Positions 26,377 through 36,284 of a DNA stretch of 64,000 nt are shown piece by piece; position 1 is the stretch's first letter; every line of letters begins with the position of its first letter. Origin of the DNA: a virus; the IMG/VR virus record IMGVR_UViG_3300017766_002493, positions 56,124-120,123 of that record; one strand, written 5' to 3'. Both the position numbers and the translations under genes were made by a program. The notes under the pieces are model-generated. The model was not told the DNA's origin. It saw only the letters and a program-made list of their open reading frames with translations, and searched no databases.

Positions 26377-27093
26377 ATGAAAACTTTAAACAATGTAAAT
26401 TTAAAAGAAGTACAAATGAAGCTTTATGAGAGGCTTAAGCCATCAGGATGGGGACAGCAGCTCAAAGGTTTCTTACTAAGTGATGATTTTTATTCTTTAC
26501 TTAATAAGTTATTAGACCAAGCAAATGATCAGAAAAGATTTACTCCTACTATGAAGCAAGTCTTTAGAGCTTTTGAAGAGTGTCCATATGATAAACTAAA
26601 AGTTATTATAGTAACCCAAGATCCATATCCCTACGCCGGGGTAGCAGATGGTATAGCATTTTCTTGTAGCAATACGGGTAAGATAGCTGCATCTTTAAAA
26701 TATATCTTCAAGGATATAGAAACCAATGTGTACTTAGATGGCTATGAGTGGAATCCAGATCTAGCTAGATGGTCTAATCAAGGTGTACTTATGTTAAATA
26801 CTGCGCTTACTACTACAATAAATAAAGTAGGAGAGCACTATGATATATGGACTCCATTTATACAGTACTTGTTTGATATAATTACTACAAAGAATCCTGG
26901 ATTAGTATATGCTTTTATGGGTAAGAAAGCTCAGGAGTGGATAAAACAGATACCTGAAAATAATATTTTGTTAAGTTGTAGTCACCCTGCTTCAGCAGCT
27001 CACTCAGAAAAAGAGTTCTGGGATAGTGGTGATATCTTTAACAGGATTAATGACGCAACACACAAACAATTTAATACTCAGATTGTTTGGTAG
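26377..27093 (+). CDS. ung: Uracil-DNA glycosylase (family 1)
   Basis: QDPYP, ADGIAFS, QGVLMLNTALT, SHPAS. Confidence 0.93.
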   Translation: MKTLNNVNLKEVQMKLYERLKPSGWGQQLKGFLLSDDFYSLLNKLLDQANDQKRFTPTMKQVFRAFEECPYDKLKVIIVTQDPYPYAGVADGIAFSCSNTGKIAASLKYIFKDIETNVYLDGYEWNPDLARWSNQGVLMLNTALTTTINKVGEHYDIWTPFIQYLFDIITTKNPGLVYAFMGKKAQEWIKQIPENNILLSCSHPASAAHSEKEFWDSGDIFNRINDATHKQFNTQIVW

Positions 27094-27549
27094 TTATCTC
27101 ATAATGGATAAAAACAAAAGACCTCCTAGTAGTATAGTTGTTGATCCCCAACCTATTGTTAGGAATGTTCTTTGTGTTGTTAAAGATTTTACATCATTGG
27201 TTAATGATTCAATAGTAGATTCCTTTTCTTTTATAATATGGTCTTTTAAAAAGTGTTGATTATTTAAGTGATAAATCTCGTCTTGTTTCTCTTTTATTAA
27301 CTCTTCTCTATTCTTGATTTTAAAGTATGCAACATTTAAAAGAGTATCACAAGCTTCACAATCTGTTAAGATTGCTGCAAGCTTTTGAAGTTCAGCAAGA
27401 TTATAACACTTACTTGTATCGGATTTCTCTTTTGATTGCTGCGCGGATAATTGAGTCAAGCTCATCAGGAGTAGCAGCAGTAAGAATAAATTTGATTTTT
27501 TCACGAGTTTTATGTTTAATTTGAGGTTCAAGTCTACATACACTGTCAT
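27094..27549 (-). CDS. Coiled-coil protein with C-terminal TM (spanin-like partner); start uncertain
   Basis: Signal-like hydrophobic stretch, coiled coil, C-terminal TM; overlaps 27410..27733. Confidence 0.45.
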   Translation of the reverse strand: MTVYVDLNLKLNIKLVKKSNLFLLLLLLMSLTQLSAQQSKEKSDTSKCYNLAELQKLAAILTDCEACDTLLNVAYFKIKNREELIKEKQDEIYHLNNQHFLKDHIIKEKESTIESLTNDVKSLTTQRTFLTIGWGSTTILLGGLLFLSIMR

Positions 27550-27733
27550 ATGCTAACTCTAATTGTTCTTGTCTTATATGGCTAGAGTCAATTCTTTTTT
27601 GTAAATATGCAATTGAATCTCTTAAAGCTTTTTCTCTGCCGGTATCAACAGGATTAGTTTTAATTTTAAAAGACAAATAGATTATAACACCTATTAAAGA
27701 AGCAATGATAACAATGTTAATATACTTTTTCAT
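27410..27733 (-). CDS. N-terminal TM coiled-coil protein (i-spanin-like)
   Basis: MKKYINIVIIASLIGVIIYL followed by a coiled coil. Confidence 0.5.
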   Translation of the reverse strand: MKKYINIVIIASLIGVIIYLSFKIKTNPVDTGREKALRDSIAYLQKRIDSSHIRQEQLELAYDSVCRLEPQIKHKTREKIKFILTAATPDELDSIIRAAIKREIRYK

Positions 27734-27775
27734 TTAGCTAATGTACAAAATTAATAATAAACAAATCAAAAACAA

Positions 27776-28267
27776 ATGGATCTTTTAGACGAAAAAGAAA
27801 AAGAGATAATGGATAAAGAAATAGAAGATTTTCAAAATCAATTCTATAAGACACATGGTATACATCTACTGGTTTCTTATAGAGTAAAGAGTATGAAATC
27901 TTTAAGTGTAACACTCTCGGAATTAGATACTATGATAAAGGATGACGCTAAAGAATATTATCCTGAGCTAGTTGCTGTTCATCCAAATTTCACAAGAGAG
28001 AAAACCAGAAATGGTATGCTAGTTACTTATAGACAAATGCTTCATTACCTTGCTCGAGAATCTGGATATACTTTAACATTCATCGCAAAGTATTGTGGGT
28101 TTCATCATGCAAGTGTTATCCATGGTTGTAAAACTGTAGAAGATTATCTGATTATCAAAGATAAAAAAGTAGTTGAAATATTTAATAGAATAAAAAATGA
28201 AATCAAAAACAGATATGGCTATGATGGATATGTTCAATATGATAATAGAAAAAGAGCTGAATCCTAA
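27776..28267 (+). CDS. Protein with DnaA C-terminal (domain IV) HTH
   Basis: RQMLHYLARE.GYTLTFIAKYCGFHHASVIHG matches the DnaA RQIAMYL...DHTTV.H pattern. Confidence 0.75.
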   Translation: MDLLDEKEKEIMDKEIEDFQNQFYKTHGIHLLVSYRVKSMKSLSVTLSELDTMIKDDAKEYYPELVAVHPNFTREKTRNGMLVTYRQMLHYLARESGYTLTFIAKYCGFHHASVIHGCKTVEDYLIIKDKKVVEIFNRIKNEIKNRYGYDGYVQYDNRKRAES

Positions 28268-28808
28268 TCAGTTCTTTGTTCTATATTGTATTCAACATTC
28301 TATATCACCTAACAATGTAAACCTTCATCAAGAACTAAGACACCTACAAAACACTGAGTTTCTTGATCAAGAAAATAAGTTGTCACCTAAAGCTATAAGT
28401 ACTATAGCCAAGGTAGAAAGCTTCTTCAAAATACATAAGAAGAAAACTAATAATCAGCTACTAGGAAATGAGTATCTTAAAAAGATACAAGAATACAATG
28501 AAGTATTTCCTAAGAAGAAAGCTGGTAGTGGTAAGTATATGAGAAGTAGTCCTAAGAATCTAGAAGCAAACTTTAGATGGTTCTTTGAAAACTTTTCATA
28601 TAGTTGGGAAACAATATTAAAAGCTACTGAACTATATGTTCAAAAGCAAAGCGATGAGAATTATAAATATACTAGAACCTCTATGTATTTTATAAGGAAA
28701 CAAGACTCTAGTAAGGTGGCTAGTTCAGATCTAGCTGATTACTGTGAGATAATAGAGTCTGGTGAAACACTTGAGAACAAAATAATATTTAAAGAAAAAG
28801 TAGTATGA
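28197..28808 (+). CDS. Putative replication initiation-associated protein
   Basis: wHTH-like N-terminus plus YNEVFPKK...Y.RTSMYFI.K; lies upstream of the helicase. Confidence 0.45.
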   Translation: MKSKTDMAMMDMFNMIIEKELNPNQFFVLYCIQHSISPNNVNLHQELRHLQNTEFLDQENKLSPKAISTIAKVESFFKIHKKKTNNQLLGNEYLKKIQEYNEVFPKKKAGSGKYMRSSPKNLEANFRWFFENFSYSWETILKATELYVQKQSDENYKYTRTSMYFIRKQDSSKVASSDLADYCEIIESGETLENKIIFKEKVV

Positions 28809-29407
28809 CGGAATATAAAACAGTAAACTTAGGAGAAAAGCTATTAGAAATTGTACAGGATGATTATCCTGAGAGTCCAAGAGAATGGGATAATCTAGGC
28901 ACCATGGCTATCTTTCATAGAAGATATGAATTTGGTGATAAAAATATTCCTTTCTCATCAGATGATTTTAATAGTTGGTCTGAGATGGAGCAGCATATCT
29001 GGAACAAAGAAAAGGCTGGAGTATGTTTACCTATCTATATGTATGATCACAGTGGTATTACAATTAATACTACCGGGTTTAGTTGTCCTTGGGACTCAGG
29101 TCAAGTAGGATTTATTTATGTAACTAAGAAGAAATTAAAAGAAGAATATGGTAAAGTAAATGAAGAAACAATTTCAAGAGCAACAAAAGTTTTAGAAGGT
29201 GAAGTTGAAATAATGGATTTTTATATATCTGGAAATGTATATGGATTTAATCTATATAAAACATCTACATGTGATAAAGGTCACGAGCACAGAGAGTTAA
29301 TAGATTCTTGCCACGGTTTCTATGGTGATGACTTTGAAGCAAATGGTTTGTTAGATCATTGTGATATAACAAATGATGAAAAAATGTTAGCATTAAGAGA
29401 GTTATAA
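28805..29407 (+). CDS. Hypothetical protein (PREWDNLG...YDHSG family)
   Basis: 200-aa ORF, CPWDSGQVGFIY. Confidence 0.65.
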   Translation: MTEYKTVNLGEKLLEIVQDDYPESPREWDNLGTMAIFHRRYEFGDKNIPFSSDDFNSWSEMEQHIWNKEKAGVCLPIYMYDHSGITINTTGFSCPWDSGQVGFIYVTKKKLKEEYGKVNEETISRATKVLEGEVEIMDFYISGNVYGFNLYKTSTCDKGHEHRELIDSCHGFYGDDFEANGLLDHCDITNDEKMLALREL

Positions 29408-29420
29408 TAAAAAATTTTTT

Positions 29421-29428
29421 TATCTTTG
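29421..29428 (+). promoter_or_regulatory. Bacteroidota sigma-A-type -7 element TATCTTTG upstream of the replication operon
   Basis: Exact TAnnTTTG match in an intergenic gap. Confidence 0.5.
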
Positions 29429-29504
29429 CAAAACAACTCAATCCCCCTATTCAAATAATTTTAAAAATTAAACTTGATTAAAAAGTAAAGGGAATACTCA
29501 CCTT

Positions 29505-30515
29505 ATGTCTACAGAAAAAAAGAAGTCTTGGAAACAAGTTAAGGAATCTTATCAAGAGGCTCTTAACTACATGCAAGGTAGAAGAGATGGTACTATTAGT
29601 AGTATCCTTACACCTTGGAAAAAATTTAATGATGCCATTGAAGATGGTATACCTTGGAACTCAACCACAGTTATTGCTGCTAGGCCAGGTACAGGTAAGA
29701 CACTAATCAAAGATCAAATTGTAAGAAGCGCTTTTGAATTAAATCCCAATGTTAATTTTAGAGTATTAGAATTTCAATTTGAAATGGTAGGAAGAGTTAC
29801 AGCTATGAGAAGCTTCTCATCCTATTTAGATAGGTCCTACAAATATTTGTGTAGTGCTGATGGAAAAATATCTCAATCAGATATTAGTCTATGCTATGAC
29901 TATGCAAAGAAAATGATTAGCTACCCTATTGATTTAGTAGACGAACCTTGTACTGTTAATGAGTTTCGCCAAATCATCGCTGACTACATGGAATCATACT
30001 CTATTCAAAAGAAGAATGATGATGGAAGTTTCAGCAGACAATACACCAAAACAATTATCACTCTAGATCACTCACTGTTACTACGAAAAGCAAGCTTTGA
30101 AAAAGACAAACATGATACTCTATTCGCACTCGGAGAAGCAATCACAGCATTAAAAAGAAAGTATCCAATAGCTTTTGTCATACTAAGCCAACTCAATAGA
30201 TCCATAGATTCACCAGAGAGAAATGAAAATGGTAAGTATGGTAACTATATTTTGGATTCCGATATCTATGGGGCTGATGCCTTACTACAACATGCAGATA
30301 CTGTAGTAGGTGTTAATAGACCAGGTAAACAAAATATCAGTGAATATGGTCCAGAGAGATATCTAATAACAGACTTGGATGTATTAGTGTTTCACTTTCT
30401 CAAGGCTAGGAATGGTGATACTCGTATGAGTTTTATGAAGGCTGAGTTTAGTAAGATGAGAGTCTCAGAAATGGATACACCACCTTGTATGGAAAGAAAA
30501 ATAAACACAAAGTAA
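29505..30515 (+). CDS. DnaB-like replicative helicase
   Basis: AARPGTGKT, LSQLNR, D...Q.AD, KARNG. Confidence 0.9.
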   Translation: MSTEKKKSWKQVKESYQEALNYMQGRRDGTISSILTPWKKFNDAIEDGIPWNSTTVIAARPGTGKTLIKDQIVRSAFELNPNVNFRVLEFQFEMVGRVTAMRSFSSYLDRSYKYLCSADGKISQSDISLCYDYAKKMISYPIDLVDEPCTVNEFRQIIADYMESYSIQKKNDDGSFSRQYTKTIITLDHSLLLRKASFEKDKHDTLFALGEAITALKRKYPIAFVILSQLNRSIDSPERNENGKYGNYILDSDIYGADALLQHADTVVGVNRPGKQNISEYGPERYLITDLDVLVFHFLKARNGDTRMSFMKAEFSKMRVSEMDTPPCMERKINTK

Positions 30516-30516
30516 A

Positions 30517-31056
30517 ATGAGCGGATTAAACACAATCGTAACACCCGAAGACAAGCGGGAAAGGTTGAAGTCTTTAAGAGATTTTCACCAACAAACTTTT
30601 GCGGAAATGGGAATACCAGATGCCTATTTTATTCCTAAGTTGGCTTATAAACCACCGGGGAAATTAGAAAAGCATATTGGTTTATTTACCAGTGAGATAT
30701 CTAAAGGTATGGATATTTACACGGAGCAAGCTTCTGCGGATCTTATACCAGAGGATCCAGATAGAACTCTTTATAAATGGAGATATAATCCTAACTATAA
30801 AGAGGAGTATGAAACACTAGAGAATAATGGTACTACTAGGTATATGATACCTGTATCAGAATTAATCCTAGTTAAATCTTATACGCCAGAAGTATTGGAA
30901 GAAACAAAGTATAAACCTACTTTCTCTCCACCAAAAGATGTTTCAAACGGAATAGATTTACCCTTTTCTGATTTAACTATTAGAGATTTAGCAGCTATTT
31001 TGTTAAAGAAGCCTATCAGTAACAAGCTATGGTTGAATGATTTAATAACAAAATAA
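30517..31056 (+). CDS. Conserved hypothetical protein
   Basis: C-terminal LTIRDLAAILLKKPISNKLWLNDLI. Confidence 0.65.
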   Translation: MSGLNTIVTPEDKRERLKSLRDFHQQTFAEMGIPDAYFIPKLAYKPPGKLEKHIGLFTSEISKGMDIYTEQASADLIPEDPDRTLYKWRYNPNYKEEYETLENNGTTRYMIPVSELILVKSYTPEVLEETKYKPTFSPPKDVSNGIDLPFSDLTIRDLAAILLKKPISNKLWLNDLITK

Positions 31057-31811
31057 TGGTAAACGAAGAAAAAAAGATCATGTTGCCTACTAAAAAGATA
31101 GAGGCACATACACAGAGTCCAGAAAATTTAATTATCTTTTCCAAGCCTAAAGTTGGTAAGACTAGTCTGTTTGCTCAATTAGATAATTGCTTAATACTAG
31201 ATCTTGAAGGAGGTACTAAGTATGTAAGTGCAATGAAGATTGAAGCTAAAAGTGTAGAAGATATCAAAGAGATCGGAGAAGAAATAAAGAAAGCAGGTAA
31301 ACCTTATCAGTATATTGCTGTAGATACAATCACAGCTTTAGAAGAGATGTGTATTCCATATGCTGAGATTATTTATTCTCGTACTTCTATGGGTAAGAAC
31401 TGGTTTGCACAAAGCAAAGCTCAGTATGGTAGCATACTTAACTTACCTAACGGCGCAGGCTATCCTTATCTAAGAGAAGCTTTCACCAAGATTATAGAGT
31501 ATATCAAGACATGGGCACCGAGAGTAATTCTTTGTGGTCATATTAAAGATATTCTTCTAGAAAAGAATGGTGCAGAGTTTACTTCTATGGACTTAGACTT
31601 AACAGGTAAACTAAAGAGGATAACAACTTCTCAATCAGATGCTATTGGCTACCTATATAGAAAGGGAACACAAAATATCTTAAGCTTTAAGACAAGTGAT
31701 GAGGTATCTTGTGGTGCTAGACCAGAGCATTTGAGAAACAAAGAGATAGTTGTATCTGAAATGGTAGACGGAGAATTAAAAACTTATTGGGATAAAGTGT
31801 ATATTGACTAA
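31056..31811 (+). CDS. AAA_24 / Sak4-like NTPase
   Basis: SKPKVGKTS, LDLEGG, AVDT. Confidence 0.8.
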   Translation: MVNEEKKIMLPTKKIEAHTQSPENLIIFSKPKVGKTSLFAQLDNCLILDLEGGTKYVSAMKIEAKSVEDIKEIGEEIKKAGKPYQYIAVDTITALEEMCIPYAEIIYSRTSMGKNWFAQSKAQYGSILNLPNGAGYPYLREAFTKIIEYIKTWAPRVILCGHIKDILLEKNGAEFTSMDLDLTGKLKRITTSQSDAIGYLYRKGTQNILSFKTSDEVSCGARPEHLRNKEIVVSEMVDGELKTYWDKVYID

Positions 31812-31828
31812 CTAAACAAATAAATAAT

Positions 31829-32512
31829 ATGTTAAACACAAAAGACATCAAAACAGGAACAGGTGGGACACCTAAAGTATTACAACCAGGTAATCACAAA
31901 GTAACAATCAGAGCTATTGGATATGAAGATTTTAAATTTAAGCCAGGGGCTCTTCATATTGTTCTAAATCTAGAAGGTGAAGAACAAGACGGAGACTTCG
32001 AAGGCTTCTTCATAGACAAGAACAATGAATCTTTGGGTAGATACAAAGGTCAAGTTGGTAAAGTTAAAGCTAATGAGTATGCATATGCTGATGGCGTAAC
32101 TAAAACAGGTATAGAAATTGGCAGAGATTCTGAGATATTAAAGTTTCTTAAGAATCTTTGTGTAGAAGTAGGCTGTGACAACTGGCTAATTGAACAGAAT
32201 GGTAAGCATTCTACAATCCAATCTTTGATTGAGCAATTTAATAATGATGCTCCATTCAAAGACAAGTGGTTGAATACTTGTATTGCTGGTAAGGAATATC
32301 TTAACAAAGAAGGTTATACTAGTTATGATCTATTCTTTCCTAAGTATTCTAAGACTGGTATACCATTTGAATCTGCTGTTAAGAATAGTGGCAAGGTAGC
32401 TAAGTTTAATGAAAGAGATCATATCAAAAAGAAACCTGTAGAAAATGTTGCAGGGTTTGATGGAGACGGGGCAAGCTCTGGATCAAGTGTGAATAATGAT
32501 TTCAAACTTTAG
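31829..32512 (+). CDS. Putative single-stranded DNA-binding protein
   Basis: Follows the Sak4-like gene; LQPGNH N-terminus; flexible acidic tail ending DFKL. Confidence 0.55.
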   Translation: MLNTKDIKTGTGGTPKVLQPGNHKVTIRAIGYEDFKFKPGALHIVLNLEGEEQDGDFEGFFIDKNNESLGRYKGQVGKVKANEYAYADGVTKTGIEIGRDSEILKFLKNLCVEVGCDNWLIEQNGKHSTIQSLIEQFNNDAPFKDKWLNTCIAGKEYLNKEGYTSYDLFFPKYSKTGIPFESAVKNSGKVAKFNERDHIKKKPVENVAGFDGDGASSGSSVNNDFKL

Positions 32513-32569
32513 AATTATTTAATCTGTAAAATAAGGGAAGGCTATATGTCTTCCCTTTTATTTTTAACT

Positions 32570-33571
32570 ATGTTAATAACTACATCAATAATATCAAAAT
32601 TAAATGAGGTACCAAGAGAATGGGTATTTGAGTATTATCTAAAACTGGAAGAGAAGTTAACTGGTCAAGATTTAAAAATCAAATCTGTATTTAATCCTTT
32701 AGAAAAGAATCCTTCAATGTGTATATTCTATTCTCAAGTAGGTGGAGTATATAAGTTTAAAGATTTTTCTACTGATAAATCAGGTGACAGTGTATCTCTT
32801 GTACAAATGTTATTTAATCTATCTTCAAAGGGAGAAGCGGCGCATAAGATTATTCAAGATTATAATCAATGGTTGCTAGTAAGTAAAGATGATTATAATC
32901 TCAGAGAGTTTAAGATAAGAGCTAAATACAAGGTATCTCAATTCCTTACCAGGGGATGGAATAGTTTAGATAAAAACTATTGGTCTAAATATGGTATCGG
33001 TTCTAGAATCCTAGATAAGTATAGAGTAGTAGCCTTAGATCATTATCTAATGAGTAAAGAAGAAGATAATGAAACTAAGGAGCTAATGATTAAAGGTCAA
33101 TATATCTATGGTTATTTTAGAAATGATGGAACACTGTATAAAATTTACCAGCCAAAGGTAAGCGACAACAAGTTTATTAAAGTTAAAGAGTATATACAGG
33201 GCACAGATCAACTGAGTTTCAATACAGATTATCTTGTAATATGTAGTTCTTTAAAGGATATGATGACTCTTATGTCTATGGGTATATCCAATGTAGAATG
33301 TATAGCACCAGATAGTGAAAACACTTTGATATCTGAGCATGTTATCCATTCCTACAAGGCTAGGTATAAGGGTATCTGTACACTCTTTGACAATGATGAA
33401 CCGGGAATCAATGCTATGGCAAAATATAAATCTAAATATGGTTTGAATAGTGCACACTTACAACTAGAAAAAGATTTATCTGATGCAGTAGCAGCACACA
33501 AAATGGAAAAAGTAAGAGAAAAATTAATACCGTTACTACAAAATAATCTAAAGTATGAGTTGGTTATATAA
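32570..33571 (+). CDS. DNA primase (TOPRIM)
   Basis: FKDFS..KSGD, SSLKD, APDSE, LFDNDEPG, KDLSD; start likely ATG 32570. Confidence 0.8.
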   Translation: MLITTSIISKLNEVPREWVFEYYLKLEEKLTGQDLKIKSVFNPLEKNPSMCIFYSQVGGVYKFKDFSTDKSGDSVSLVQMLFNLSSKGEAAHKIIQDYNQWLLVSKDDYNLREFKIRAKYKVSQFLTRGWNSLDKNYWSKYGIGSRILDKYRVVALDHYLMSKEEDNETKELMIKGQYIYGYFRNDGTLYKIYQPKVSDNKFIKVKEYIQGTDQLSFNTDYLVICSSLKDMMTLMSMGISNVECIAPDSENTLISEHVIHSYKARYKGICTLFDNDEPGINAMAKYKSKYGLNSAHLQLEKDLSDAVAAHKMEKVREKLIPLLQNNLKYELVI

Positions 33572-33977
33572 AGGTACTGTGTTCAAAGATGAACATATAC
33601 CAGATGGAGCTGAAGGATTTGTTTATATTATGACAGCAATCATAGGTAATCAATCTATATCTTATATAGGTAAGAAGAACTTTTATTCTACTAGGAAAAA
33701 GAAGCTTAGTAAAAAGAAACTATCTATAGATAAGAGAAAGAAAAACTATGAGAAAGTAAGCAAACTAGGTTATCATGACTACTATAGTAGTAATGAGGTT
33801 CTTAAACAAGCTTATAGAAGTGGTGCTGTAATTAAGCGAGAGATACTTAGAATATGTTACAGTAAAAGTGAACTAACATATCAAGAAGTAAAGCATCAAT
33901 TTTTATATGAGGTCTTGGAAAAAAAAGAATTTTTAAATGGTAATATTCTCGGAAGATTTTATAAAGGAAAAATATAA
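33555..33977 (+). CDS. GIY-YIG-like nuclease
   Basis: GFVY...YIGKK...YYSS...REIL...N.NILG. Confidence 0.7.
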   Translation: MSWLYKGTVFKDEHIPDGAEGFVYIMTAIIGNQSISYIGKKNFYSTRKKKLSKKKLSIDKRKKNYEKVSKLGYHDYYSSNEVLKQAYRSGAVIKREILRICYSKSELTYQEVKHQFLYEVLEKKEFLNGNILGRFYKGKI

Positions 33978-34333
33978 TGACAACAAAAGAAGAATTTGCA
34001 AAAGCTTTGTTTGATTTAAGGTCAAACAATATCAAAACTATTAGAATAGACTACTCCGGCGGAGGAGATAGTGGAGCTATTGATGATATAACATTTATTG
34101 ATACAGATGACGATATAAGATCTATTTTACAAGATGATACTATTTCAGTAGTAGAAAATATATCATATAGAATGTTAGATGATATAGAAGACTGGTGGAA
34201 TAATGATGGCGGCGATGGAACATTAATAATTAATGTTAATGATTTATCATATAATATAGAAAATAATATACGCTATACAGAACATCAGACTTATAATCAT
34301 GATGGAGATGTATCTGAATATATAGAACAATAA
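33977..34333 (+). CDS. DUF6878-like protein
   Basis: YSGGGDSG...WWNNDGGDG. Confidence 0.6.
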   Translation: MTTKEEFAKALFDLRSNNIKTIRIDYSGGGDSGAIDDITFIDTDDDIRSILQDDTISVVENISYRMLDDIEDWWNNDGGDGTLIINVNDLSYNIENNIRYTEHQTYNHDGDVSEYIEQ

Positions 34334-34674
34334 TGGCGCATCCATATGAGCATGCTAAATCCTCAGTAAAAAAATGGGGAGGCACAGAAGAAGATTATAT
34401 TGATATACATAACTGGTTTGATGAAACTAAAGCATGGGTCGGCCACAGTAAACATAGAATGTTTCGCCACCACTCAGAGGGTATTTTTGAATCTGAAAAA
34501 ATCTTTGGAACATATATAGTAAACTCTGCGGGCAAACGAGTTTATGTTAGATATATAGGAGAACAACATGTTAGAGAAGATTGTAATGGATATATACCAA
34601 CCGCTAAAGAGTGGATTGATAATATCAATAGTCCAAAAGAGTGGATGCTAAAAACAATTAAAATAGAAGACTAA
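34333..34674 (+). CDS. DUF6915-like protein
   Basis: MAHPYEHAKSSVKKWGG...HR.FRHH.EG...GEQHVREDC. Confidence 0.7.
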   Translation: MAHPYEHAKSSVKKWGGTEEDYIDIHNWFDETKAWVGHSKHRMFRHHSEGIFESEKIFGTYIVNSAGKRVYVRYIGEQHVREDCNGYIPTAKEWIDNINSPKEWMLKTIKIED

Positions 34675-35114
34675 TGAGAAAGAAAAAACAAACACTGGAT
34701 TATGAAGAAGTATTAAAAATGTTAAACTCTAGCGATAAAGAGAGTTGTCTTTTCGGTATGGCTATTATTGATAGTGTAGACTTTAATCAAAACATAGTGT
34801 GTATTATGTTATTGTATAAGAACTCTACCTGTGAAAGAAAAGATTGGGAATCAGAGTTACCCCATATTGTGAAAAAGATAGTTAAGTTAAACGGAGATGA
34901 GAAGGTAACATATAATTCTATATTCAAAATGTTTAAGAGAATTAGTGTGCCTATGGATCAGATAGAGTTGTATATGAAAACTCTAAACTCTTTTATCTTA
35001 AGTGTATTTAAAGAGTCAGGATACGACTATATAGAAAGTATAACGGTTAAATTTAAAGAAGATGAATCACACGGAAAGCTTAGCGAAAGCAGCCAAGGAG
35101 TTGATGTTGGATGA
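34674..35114 (+). CDS. Helical hypothetical protein
   Basis: Shares an M..S.D.E motif with 37775 and 38272. Confidence 0.6.
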   Translation: MRKKKQTLDYEEVLKMLNSSDKESCLFGMAIIDSVDFNQNIVCIMLLYKNSTCERKDWESELPHIVKKIVKLNGDEKVTYNSIFKMFKRISVPMDQIELYMKTLNSFILSVFKESGYDYIESITVKFKEDESHGKLSESSQGVDVG

Positions 35115-36273
35115 ACCATTTTATGGTTTGTTTCTCATCATGCTAAACAGAAAAATGAGTGAAGATGTGCCAACAGCAGGTGTTCACATTAGTGGGATTA
35201 GTTATAATCTACTAGTGAATCCTCAGTTTTGGGATAAGCTTACACTTAATCAAAAGAAAGGTTTATTGAAACATGAGCTATTGCATATTGGTTTCTTTCA
35301 CCTTACTGATTATGAGCACTTAACTAATCACGAGATTAGAAATATTGCTATGGATTTAGAGATTAATCAGTATATCAAAAGAGATTGGCTACCAGAAGGA
35401 GGTATGTTTCTTGACACATTTCCTGAGTTAAACTTAAAACCTAAGATGGGTACTCTTCATTATTATGAGGAGCTTATGAAGGGAGCTAAGAAAGGTAACT
35501 GTTCTAATCTTAATAGCTTGCTTAAAGCAATGGGTGACGGTCAGGTAACTGTAAAGGTATCTGTAAATGGTGATGACGTAGACGCTAATTGTCCAGATCA
35601 TGATTGGGAAAACCAAGAAGGAGAAGGCGGACTTAATGAAGCAGAAAGAAAGCTTCTTAACAAGCACACCGAAACTATATTAAAAGAAATAAAAGATCAA
35701 GTAACAAAGTCTAGAGGAACTGTGCCTGGAGAATTTCACTCTATCCTAGAAAAGATAGATCAATTTGAAGAGCCTAAGTTTGATTGGCGCGGATATCTAA
35801 GAAGATTTGCCGGCGGATCCTTAAAGACTTATACTAAGAAGACAAGGAGAAAATATAACAAAAGATATGAAGATAATCCTGGTCTTAAAATTAAACATAA
35901 GAAACATGTATTGGTAGCTATAGATACTTCGGGATCTGTAAGCGATAATGAACTAAAAGAGTTTATGCAAGAGATACATCATATCCACAAAACAGGATCT
36001 GATGTAACTGTAATACAAGCCGATACAGCAATTAGACACAAAGGATTATATGATCCTAAGAATGAGTATAAACTACACGGTAGAGGAGGAACAGATTTTG
36101 ATCCTGTTGTAGATTATTATTATGAAAATCAAAGTAAATATTCTTGTCTAGTATATTTCACAGATGGTAAAGCGCCGTCTCCTGATAAGAAACCTGGCAA
36201 GATGTTATGGGTTTTATCTGAACAATCTAGTATGAATACCGATTTACCCGGAGCAGTAATTCAATTAAATTAA
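35062..36273 (+). CDS. DUF2201-like metallopeptidase with vWA domain
   Basis: HELLH, NIAMDLEIN, DTSGS, GRGGTDF, FTDG. Confidence 0.88.
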   Translation: MNHTESLAKAAKELMLDEPFYGLFLIMLNRKMSEDVPTAGVHISGISYNLLVNPQFWDKLTLNQKKGLLKHELLHIGFFHLTDYEHLTNHEIRNIAMDLEINQYIKRDWLPEGGMFLDTFPELNLKPKMGTLHYYEELMKGAKKGNCSNLNSLLKAMGDGQVTVKVSVNGDDVDANCPDHDWENQEGEGGLNEAERKLLNKHTETILKEIKDQVTKSRGTVPGEFHSILEKIDQFEEPKFDWRGYLRRFAGGSLKTYTKKTRRKYNKRYEDNPGLKIKHKKHVLVAIDTSGSVSDNELKEFMQEIHHIHKTGSDVTVIQADTAIRHKGLYDPKNEYKLHGRGGTDFDPVVDYYYENQSKYSCLVYFTDGKAPSPDKKPGKMLWVLSEQSSMNTDLPGAVIQLN

Positions 36274-36284
36274 ACAAAAAAAGT

